DNA of 61,982 nt, counting the filler, from Squatina squatina (taxonomy: Eukaryota), in the NCBI GenBank assembly GCA_031763465.1. It is 3 parts of 3 records of this genome, joined end to end, with 100 filler letters (N's around TTAATTAATTAA, not from the genome) between each part and the next. Parts side by side here need not be neighbours in the genome. Positions count along the whole stretch, not along the records: positions 17,107 to 45,620 come from JARFOE010000192.1; 2 more parts are not named here. One strand, written 5' to 3'. This document shows, piece by piece, positions 27,340-35,982 of this stretch (its first letter is position 1; every line of letters starts with the position of its first letter). Position numbers and translations under genes: made by a program. The notes under the pieces are model-generated. The model was not told the origin of the DNA. It did no database searches and was given only the letters and a program-made list of their open reading frames with translations.

Positions 27340-27612
27340 AGGTCGAAGATCAGCCATGATTTTATTGAATGGCGGAGCAGACTCAAAGGGCCATATGGCC
27401 TATTCCTGCACCTATTTCTTATATACTCCTTACTCTGTAAAGAGCCAGCCCAACCGAGAACAGTAGCATAGTGGTAATAGAAACATAAAAAATAGGAGCA
27501 GGAGTAGGCCATTCGGCCCTTTGAGTCTGTTCCGCCAGTCAATATGATCATGGCTGAGCGTCTCATTCAGTACCCTGTTCCTGCTTTCTCCCCATATCCC
27601 TTGATCCCTTGA
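27340..27612. repeat. Two CR1/HE1-type 3' tails in opposite orientation
   Basis: gatcagccatgat..gaatggcggagcag..ggcctattcctgcacctatt (+) and aataggagcaggagtaggccattcggccc..atgatcatggctga (-). Confidence 0.7.
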
Positions 27613-27805
27613 GCAATAAGACCTNNNNNNNNNNNNNNNNNNNNNNNNNNNNNNNNNNNNNNNNNNNNNNNNNNNNNNNNNNNNNNNNNNNNNNNNNNNN
27701 NNNNNNNNNNNNNNNNNNNNNNNNACGTTTCAAAATATAAAAGGTTTGTGTATTTGCCCAGGGTGAATTGTTGTTTTTTATTGTTGCAGATTTACTGAAC
27801 ACTGT

Positions 27806-27824
27806 TCTTATTTTTCTCTTTCAG
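27806..27824 (+). other. Splice acceptor of ACKR2 coding exon (5' UTR intron)
   Basis: Polypyrimidine tract ttcttatttttctctttcag, 32 nt before the ATG at 27857. Confidence 0.65.
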
Positions 27825-27856
27825 CAAGGAAACTGAAGCTTTATTTTGCCATTTCT

Positions 27857-29070
27857 ATGACGATGAGCAGCCTTAGCTTGGAGGGGGCCTCCAACAGCTC
27901 CAGCGACTATGGCGAGGATTATAACTACACTGATATTGACTTCACTCCCTATCTTCCTTGTGCGAAGGATGAGGTTACTGCCTTTGGGAAGATCTTCCTC
28001 CCAGTCCTGTATATCACGGTGTTTGTTTTCGNNNNNNNNNNCTAATCCTCATGATAATTAAGTACCTCAAGTTGAAGACCATGACTGACATCTACCTGCT
28101 GAATTTGGCCATCTCCGACCTTCTGTTTGTCGTGTCCCTTCCCTTTTGGGCCACCTACGTGACCTCAGAGTGGATCTTTGGAAATGCCATGTGTAAAATA
28201 ATAAGCGCCGTCTATAGTGTGAATTTCTACAGTAGTATCTTCTTCATAGCCTGCATGAGTTTGGATATGTACCTCCAAATCGTCCACACCGTCTCCATGA
28301 AGAACTATAGGACAATCAGCAAGAGCATTGTCATCAGTGCTGCAGTTTGGACCCTGGCAATGGTCGTTTCAATCCCTGAACTCATATTCAGTCAGTCCAG
28401 GAAAATTGGCGATAGGTACACCTGCCTCAGTCACTATGGCGACGAGCAACTGGTCATCTGGAAGACAACCATACAACTCCAGGTCAACATCATCGCGTTT
28501 ATCATTCCATTCTTTGCCATGGTCTTCTTCTACGCTCNNNNNNNNNNNNNNNNNNNNNNNNNNNNNNNNNNNNNNNNNNNNNNNNNNNNNNNNNNNNNNN
28601 NNNNNNNNNNNNNNNNNNNNNNNNNNNNNNNNNNNNNCATGGTCTTCTTCTACGCTCGGATTGCCTCTGTCCTGCTCAAGTCCAGATCCTTTGGCAAGGA
28701 CAAGGCCTTAAAACTGGTCATCATATTGGTCACCGTGTTCTTCGTCTTGTGGTTCCCTTACAACATTGTCCTTTTCTTGCATTCCCTGGAAGACCTCGGC
28801 GTGATTGGCAACTGCGAGATGAGCAAGAGGCTGGATTACGCCTTGCAAGTAACAGAGTCTATCGCCTTCACCCACTGCTGTTTCAATCCACTCCTCTATG
28901 CTTTTGTGAATGAAAGGTTTCGGAGACACCTGAAGAGTATTCTGCTGAAGATTGTTCAGACGACCGGCTGTAACAAGGAACTGCGGATTAAGATACCCAC
29001 TGCAGAGCGTAGTGAAACCAGCAAGCAGCAATACTGCATGTATTCTGACGTGGAAATGACTGTGGTTTAG
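27857..29070 (+). CDS. ACKR2: Atypical chemokine receptor 2 (D6/CCBP2), single coding exon interrupted by two assembly gaps
   Basis: 7TM chemokine receptor: [46 protein letters not shown] (D6-like DxYLxIVH), [26 protein letters not shown]. Lies between HIGD1A and CYP8B1 as in human. Confidence 0.9.
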
Positions 29071-29569
29071 TAGTGAGTTCAGAAAGGGTATTGGAGACAC
29101 AATATCGATTAGAATTCAGTTTTCTTGCTTCAAATCATGTTGAATTGGATTTTCTCAAAGATATTATAACTTGTCAGTATGCACTGAGCGCTTGTGAACT
29201 ACTATTCAAACTAACCCAACCAAACCACAGTGAAACACGTCACCTTATTATTACCTAAAGGGAGTAACCTCCACTTCCTAGAAATTCTACCAAACACTGA
29301 AACGCCCATATCATGTGGGACACCATTCCATGCACCGATTGCAACAAATTAGACATGTGTCCTCCAGTCTAACCTACTTCGTTCTTTCCCAGGCCTTGCC
29401 TTACTCGGTCTTCGCTCACCCNNNNNNNNNNNNNNNNNNNNNNNNNNNNNNNNNNNNNNNNNNNNNNNNNNNNNNNNNNNNNNNNNNNNNNNNNNNNNNN
29501 NNNNNNNNNNNNNNNNNNNNNTGGGATGTTTTACCACGTTAAAGGCGCTATATAAATACAAGTTGTTGT

Positions 29570-29815
29570 TGTAGTCCTGCAATTTTTCCCCTTCGAGTAC
29601 TTATCCAATTCCCTTTAGAAAGTTACTGTTGAATCTGCTTCCGCTGCCCTTTCAGGCAGCGCGTTCCAGATCACAACTGGCTACGTAAAAAAAACCTCTC
29701 CTCTCTCCCCTCTGGCTCTTTTGCCAATTATCTTAAATCTGCATCCTTCGCTTATCGACCCTCCCGCCAGTAGAAACATCATCGTCTGATTTTCTCTATT
29801 AAAACCCCCTTATAA
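29570..29815 (-). mobile_element. CR1 3' fragment
   Basis: Similar to 43480-43720 (ccctttcaggcagc..ttccag..cccctctggctc..ttgccaattatcttaaatctg). Confidence 0.6.
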
Positions 29816-30088
29816 TTTCCTATAAGGCTTTTCTCACGCCCTCAGGAAGTCCTAAAGCGCTTCTTTTCAGCCAATTAAGTTCTTTTGGAAGTGTTGTAAA
29901 TTAGCAAATTTGCACGCAAGATCCCACAAACAGCAATGTAATAAATGACCAGATAATGTGGTTTTTTTTGTTAAAAAAATAGAGTTAGTGAATGCATTAA
30001 ATAGTGAGTGGTGCAAATATTACTTGGAATTTGTTAACAGGTAAGTGTGTGTGTTAAATGGGTAAATTTTTGCAATAAGACATTGCCA

Positions 30089-30396
30089 AGGGTGACCAGA
30101 TTTTAAGATTTCCAAACCGGGACCAAGTTTGCACGCGCAGTCAGGTCTCCGTCGAGTCTGCGCGCCTGGAATTGGGGCTCAGTTGTGATGCACAGTCAGG
30201 GTTCCGTGGAGACTGTGCGCGCGCAGTCAGGACTCCATCCACGTGGCCCATCAGTTCTCCAGTGAGTCTGCGCGTGCTCAGTCGGGGCTCCGTCTCTCGC
30301 TCGCTAGAAACCGGGACATTTTTATTTAAAGCAACTTTCGGGCAGTTGTCGGGACACCGGGACATTTGCTGAAAAGCCAGGAGGTCTGGTCACCCC
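30089..30396. mobile_element. hAT (Blackjack-like) MITE about 30 bp downstream of the CYP8B1 stop
   Basis: 11-bp perfect TIR gggtgaccaga / tctggtcaccc, repeated subterminal ccgggac motifs, internal gcgcgcagtcagg repeats; no clean 8-bp TSD. Confidence 0.65.
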
Positions 30397-30424
30397 TCAG
30401 TCATTGGGCAGGGGATGAGCCAGT

Positions 30425-32107
30425 TTAAAATCTCAGGCGGTATTTGAACTGTATGTCGTGGGTGGGCTGCATGGTGCCGAATCCCCAGCGGCTCCTGTCT
30501 ATGGGCGGGATTTCCTCCTCGGGGTCGAGCAGCTCGAACTCGAAGTGGCTGAGCATGAGGAAGATGAACTGCTTGAGCTCGTTGGTGGCGAAGAAGCGGC
30601 CGGGGCACATGCTGACGCCGGCGCCCCAGGGCATGTTGTAATACTTGAGGCGCCGGCCGGCCTTGTAGAAGTCGGTCTTGCGGCTGCCGTCCGGGTTGAG
30701 GAAGCGGTCATACCGGAAGGCTTGGGGCTCTGGGTGGATCTCGGGGTCCATCTGGGCCGAGAGGTAGGGGAAGAGGGCCAGCCGGTCGCCCCGGCGCAGG
30801 GCGTAGCGCCGGCCGTCGGCCACGGCGAGGGTGGTGTCGCGTTGCACGGCGCGGATCAGCACCGGCGCGGTGTTCAGGCGCAGGGTCTCCTCCACCGCGC
30901 TGTCCAGCACCGGCGTGCCGAGCAGCATGTCGCGGGTGAGGTTGATGGGCGGTCCTCCGGCCGCTGGGGGCGCCGCCTCTTCAGTGTCGCGGGTGAGGTT
31001 GATGGGCGGTCCTCCGGCCGCTGGGGGCGCCGCCTCTTCAGTGTCGCGGGTGACGGGCGGTCCTCCGGCCGCTGGGGGCGCCGCCGCCACTCGCTGCCCG
31101 CTCCGGCGCAGCACCCGGTCCACCTCGTCGCGCACGGCCGCCAGCGCCGGCGGGTTGCGCAGCAGGTACAGCAGCAGCCAGAAGGCCGAGGCGCCGGTAT
31201 TGCTCTGCGAGGCCCAGAGCAGCATGAACATGTAGCGGTTCTGCATGGCGGGCGGCACCCGCTGCTCGGACATCTGCTGCTGGCGCTCCCGGATCCAGCC
31301 GCTGACATTGTCCCGCTGCTCCTCGTCCACTGACAGCAGCCGCCAGAACATTCTCCTCAGGCGCTCGGCCTCCGCCTTCTCCGCCGGCGGCAGCACGGAG
31401 TAAACCAGGCGCGGGAAGAGGCGGTCGTACCGCCTGAAGTGGGCGAACAGGTGCTCCGATTGCTCGCGGTCCCGCTGCTTGGCCGCCTCCCGGTCCCGCT
31501 CGCCGCCGTCGCCCCGGGTGGGCTGGTTACCGAACAGCGAGAGGTAGCCGGCCCTGAAGACCGTGTTATAGCAGAAGTGGAACAAGCCGTCTTCCTTCCA
31601 CCGCCTCCCGCCGCCTTCCTCCTTCTCCTCCTGGCCCGAGCCCAAGCCGTGCAGCATCAGGTTCTGCAGGTTGTTCATCATGGCTTGGGTGAGGTCGACC
31701 AGCCCGTCGCCCATCAGGTGCTTGACGTTGACGCCCGCCATCAGTTTGTGGTCGTCGCCGCTGGTGTGGTAGCCGAAGACCCGGGCCACCAGCTCGGCGG
31801 CGAACTTTTTAAAGTCCAGCGTGGACCTCGACTCCTTGACCACCGCCCCGAACGAGAGCGGGTCCATCAGGAACGTGAAGTAGTAGCCGGCGAGCTGGAC
31901 CGTGAAGACGTCCCCGTGCTTCCGCTGCATGTCCAGCAGGAACTGTGCCGTGTCCCTCCTGAAGGACAGAATGTGCCCGAGCCAGGGCAGGTAGCCAGCA
32001 TCTAAAGGTGGCTCGTTGGGGCGCCTTCTTCTGAAGACGCCCAGGTAGTAAAGGATGGTGAGCAGAAGGATCAGCAGAGACAAGAGAGCAGACAGCAAGT
32101 AAGCCAT
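30425..32107 (-). CDS. CYP8B1: Sterol 12-alpha-hydroxylase, cytochrome P450 8B1, intronless, 560 aa
   Basis: N-terminal TM anchor MAYLLSALL..., RRRPNEPPLDAGYLPWLGH, I-helix LWASQSNTG, EETLR (ExxR), heme motif PWGAGVSMCPGRFFA. Intronless and convergent with ACKR2 as in human. True ATG at 32107, not the ORF-track start. Confidence 0.96.
   Translation of the reverse strand: MAYLLSALLSLLILLLTILYYLGVFRRRRPNEPPLDAGYLPWLGHILSFRRDTAQFLLDMQRKHGDVFTVQLAGYYFTFLMDPLSFGAVVKESRSTLDFKKFAAELVARVFGYHTSGDDHKLMAGVNVKHLMGDGLVDLTQAMMNNLQNLMLHGLGSGQEEKEEGGGRRWKEDGLFHFCYNTVFRAGYLSLFGNQPTRGDGGERDREAAKQRDREQSEHLFAHFRRYDRLFPRLVYSVLPPAEKAEAERLRRMFWRLLSVDEEQRDNVSGWIRERQQQMSEQRVPPAMQNRYMFMLLWASQSNTGASAFWLLLYLLRNPPALAAVRDEVDRVLRRSGQRVAAAPPAAGGPPVTRDTEEAAPPAAGGPPINLTRDTEEAAPPAAGGPPINLTRDMLLGTPVLDSAVEETLRLNTAPVLIRAVQRDTTLAVADGRRYALRRGDRLALFPYLSAQMDPEIHPEPQAFRYDRFLNPDGSRKTDFYKAGRRLKYYNMPWGAGVSMCPGRFFATNELKQFIFLMLSHFEFELLDPEEEIPPIDRSRWGFGTMQPTHDIQFKYRLRF
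30928..31085 (-). repeat. In-frame 57-bp coding minisatellite (about 2.8 copies) inside CYP8B1
   Basis: Units begin at 30928, 30985 and 31042 (tgtcgcgggtga...); the third lacks 6 bp; encodes AAPPAAGGPP(INL/V)TRDTEE. Confidence 0.95.
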
Positions 32108-32607
32108 GTCGCTGGATGTTGCTGTGCTTCGACAAGCTGAATACCCAAATCGGTAATGCCTCACAGGCTATGTGGTCTCGCAACTCTTTGCCACACTGTG
32201 CTGTGGGAGGAGTTCACTTGCCCGTTCACTATTGCAATAAAAAAAGTCTGTTATGAAATAAACTCCCTGCAGTAAATTTCCAAAGCCCATTTCACAATGA
32301 CCCTCTGTGATGCACACAAACACAAAAGCTTCCAACCTCCCTGAATTTCCTCAAAGGGACTTCAGTCAAATTTTAAAGCAAGAGGAGCATTTAAAGGTAA
32401 GACGGCTCATAAGCGAAGTCAAAAATTATTGCAGCCTTTGCAAAGGAATCCTGACTGGTATACCGCCAGCTGCCGCAAACAGCTGAAGGAAGCTACTACG
32501 GGAAGATCATCCAAAAGTGCCATTAATTAGGTATTTGGCCCAAGCATGCATGCCAGAAAATTCATACCAAGCCCCCCTCCTCTAATGCTACTTCTCCAGG
32601 TCAGTGG

Positions 32608-33865
32608 GATAAATCTTCATTTAGAAAGGCACGGATTAATCAAGGACAGCATGGATTTGTTCAGGGAAGGTTGTGTCTGACTAACTTGATTGAATTTTTT
32701 GAGGAGGTTTGATGAGGGTAGTGCGTTTGCTGTAGTCTACCTGGATTTTAGCAAAGCTTTTGAGATCCAAGATGGCAGACTGGTCATGAAAGTAAAAGCT
32801 CATGGGATCCAGGGCAAAGTGGCAAGTTGGATCTAAATTGGCTGAGAGGCAGGAAGCAAAAGGTAATGGTCGATGGGTGTTTTTGTGACTGGAAGGCTGT
32901 TTTCAATGGGGTTCCGCAGGGCTCGGTACTACGTCCCATGCTTTTTGTGGTATATATCAATGAGTTAGACTTGGATGTAAGGAGTCTGATTAAGAAGTTT
33001 GCAGATGATACAAAAATTGGCCGTGTGGTTGATAATGAAGAAGAAAGCTGTGGACTGCAGGAAGATATCAATGGACTGGTCAGGTGGGCAGAACAGTGGC
33101 AAATAGAATTCAATCCGGAGAAGTGTGAGGTAACGCATTGGGGGAGGGATAACAAGGGAATACACAAATAGTAGGACACTGAGAAGTGCAGAGGGGTGTT
33201 GGAGTGCATGTCCACAGATCCCTGAAGGTAGCAGGACAGGTAGATAAGGTGGTTAAGAAGGCACATGAAATACTTGCCTTTATTAGCCGAGGCATAGAAT
33301 ATAACTGTATAAAACACTAGTTAGGCCACAGCTAGAGTACTATGTGCAGTTCTGGTCACCACATTACAGGAAAGATGTGATTGCACGAGAGAGGGTACAG
33401 AGAAGATTTGCGAGGATGTTGCCTGGACTGGAGAATTTTAGTTATGAGGAAAGCCTGGATGGACTGGGGTAGTTTTCCTTGGAACAGAGGAGGCTGAGGG
33501 GAGACCTAATTGATGTCTATTAAATTATGAGGGCCATAGTGGCTAGGAAGGACCTCTAATCCCCTTAGCAGAGGGGTCAATAACCAGGAGGCATAGATTT
33601 AAAGTAATTGGGAGGAGGTTTAATTGAGATTTGAGGAGATCCAGAGGGTGGTGGGGGTCTGGAACTCGCTGCCTGAAAGGGTGATAGAGGCAGAAACACT
33701 CATAGTATTTAAAAAGGACTTGGATATGCATTTGAAGTGCCGTAACCTACAAGTCTACAGGCCAAGTGCTGGAAAGTAGGATTAGTCTGGATAGCTTTGT
33801 CGACCAGTACGAACATGATGGGCCAAATGGCACCTTCTGTGCTGTAAATTTCTATGATTCTATAC
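32608..33865 (+). mobile_element. CR1 LINE, RT domain to 3' tail (5'-truncated, frameshifted)
   Basis: LTNLIEFFEE, YLDFSKAF, GVPQGSVL..LFVVYINELD, KFADDTKIG, QIEFNPEKCEV; tail ttctatgattctat. Confidence 0.92.
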
Positions 33866-33869
33866 TTTC

Positions 33870-34060
33870 ACTTGCATTCCACTCTTACCTATCCGATTGT
33901 AGCCAGAACATATCCAGCAATGTCTTCTCTTCTTGACCCTGCACCGTTATTTCTGGAGTCCCCCAAGGATCTATCTTTGGCCCCCATTTCTTCCTCATCT
34001 GCATCAGGCCCCTTGGTCATGTCTTCGAACGACATGGGGATCAATATCCACTTCGATGCC
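33870..34060 (+). mobile_element. L2 LINE RT fragment
   Basis: HSYLSD.SQ...SGVPQGSIFGP motif. Confidence 0.55.
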
Positions 34061-34097
34061 AGCTCTGCTGCTCCATAATTTCCTCCAGTTAAAGATG

Positions 34098-35170
34098 TTT
34101 TATTATTAATTCACGGATGTGGCCGTCGCAAGCAAGGCCAGCATTTATTGCCCATCCCTAATTGCCCTTGAGAAGGTAGTGGTGAGTCCCCTTCTTGAAC
34201 CACTGCAGTATGTGTGGTGCAGGGACTCCCACAGTGCTGTTAGGGAATGGAGTTCCAGGATTTTGACCCAGCAACGATGAAGAAACGGCAATATACTTCC
34301 AAGTCATGATGGTGGGTGACATGGAGGGGAACTTGGAGGTGATGGTGTTCACATGTGTCTGTTGCCCTTGACCTTCTAGCTGGTAGAGGCCGTGGGTTTG
34401 GGAGGTGCAATCGAAGAAACCTTGGCGAGTTACTCTTTTGAGTAAAAACATATAAACAAATAAACTAAAAACCAAAGCTTAACAAAAAACCCCGATACTT
34501 AAATTAAAACCCGATTGTCCCCAGTGAGGATGCACTCCAGTCCCCGCGGCGCCCACCGGTCACGGAAGGCCTCGAGCGTACTGGTGGACACCGCGTGCTG
34601 CATCTCCAGGGACACCCGGGCGCAAACGTAGCCGCGGAAGACAGTCGGGGTAAACAACCCCCTTGATAACCCGCTGCCTGGACCTGTTTATGGCCAAGTT
34701 GGCCAGGCCCAGGAGCAGGGTCACGAGGAGAGCCTCCAACCGACCCACTGTCCCCTGCACCAGGTGCCCAAAGATCAGGAGGGTGGATACCTTGGCAAGT
34801 TGCTGCAGTGCACCTTGTAGTTGGTACACACTGTAGCCACTATGCGCCGGTGGTGCAGGGAGTGAATGTTTAAGGTGGTGGATGGGGTGCCGATCAAGCA
34901 GGCTGCTTTGTTCGATCTTCTTAAATGTTGTTGGAGCTGCACTCAGCCAGGCAAGTGGAGAGTATTCCATTACTCTCCTGACTTGGGCCTGGTAGATGGT
35001 GGAAAGACTGAGGAGTCAGGAGGTGAGTCACTCGCGACAGAATACCTCGCCTCTGATCTGCTCATATAGCCACAGTAGTTATGTGGCTGGTCCAGTTAAG
35101 TTTCTGGTCAATGGTGACCCCCAGAATGTTGATGGTGGGAGATTCAGCGATGGTTATGCCATTGAATGCC
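34098..35170 (-). mobile_element. CR1-clade LINE 3' end (interrupted by Tx1-like insertion)
   Basis: MEYSPLAWLSAAPTT motif; tail ggccagcatttattgcccatccctaattgcccttgagaagg. Confidence 0.7.
34432..34788 (-). mobile_element. Tx1/L1-clade retrotransposon 3' end with 13-bp TSD
   Basis: LLIFGH...LLLGLANLAINRSRQR...DCLP / GYVCARVSLEMQHAVSTSTLEAFRDRWAPRGLECIL; flanked by accttggcgagtt (34419-34431) and accttggcaagtt (34789-34801). Confidence 0.75.
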
Positions 35171-35189
35171 AAGTGGAAGTAGCGCGAAT

Positions 35190-35982
35190 GTTACTTGGGA
35201 AGACCAAAGCCATCGTCTTCAGCCCTCGACACAAACTCAAGTTCTTTTTCCACCAATTCCATCCCCTCCATAGCCAAACTCTCAGGCTAAACCAGACTGT
35301 TTGAAACCTTGGCGTCCTATGTGCCCCTGAGCTGAGCTTCTGGCCCCATATCTCTGATGAAGACCACCTACTTATACCTCCATAACATTGCCTGCTTCTG
35401 CCCCTACCTCGGACCATGTGCTGCCTTTGTTTCTTCAGACTCAACTATTTCAATACTCTCCTGACTGGCTTTTCATAAACTTCAACCCATCCAAAAGCCT
35501 GCGGCTTGTATCCTACCTCATACCAAGTTCCACTCAGCAATCACCTCTGTCCTCACAGACCAACATTGGCTTCCAGTTCTGACACTTCCAATCTAAAATT
35601 CTCATCCTTGTGTCTAAATTCCATCATGATCTTGCCTCTCACTATCTCTGTAATCTCCTTCAGCCCTACAACCTTCCGAGATGTCTGCGCTCCTCCAATT
35701 CGTGCCACCTGTGAGTCCACGATTTTCGTTCTTTCCAGCATTGTCGGCCGTGCCCTCAGCTGCCAAGGCCCTAACCTCTGGAATTCTCTCCCTAAACCTC
35801 TCCCAACTCTCTTTCCTCCTTTAACATCTCTTTAAAACTTACCTCTTTGACCCAGCTTTTAGTCGTGCCTCCTGACATCTGTTTCTTTGGCTCGGTGTCA
35901 ATTTTCACCAGGTTATGCCTCTGTAAAGTGCCTTGGATGTTTCCCACAATAAAAGTACTATATAACTGCAAGGTGTTGTTCT
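35190..35982 (+). mobile_element. L2 LINE 3' end
   Basis: GKTKAIVFSPRHKL, VGRALSCQGPNLWNSLPKPL, tail tataactgcaaggtgttgtt. Confidence 0.75.

Noticed and set aside
28032-28041. Apparent frameshift in ACKR2
   Set aside because: Caused by a placeholder 10-N gap, not a real lesion.
30458-32005. Long plus-strand ORFs (291 aa, 188 aa) antisense to CYP8B1
   Set aside because: Expected shadow of extreme GC3 bias; no recognisable protein.
32108-32164. 19-aa N-terminal extension of CYP8B1 in the ORF track
   Set aside because: Starts at a non-ATG codon; the ATG at 32107 directly precedes the membrane anchor.
32170-32300. HNF4/LRH-1/TATA sites in the CYP8B1 promoter
   Set aside because: Only weak partial matches (ggcaaagag, gggcaagtgaact); not supportable by eye.
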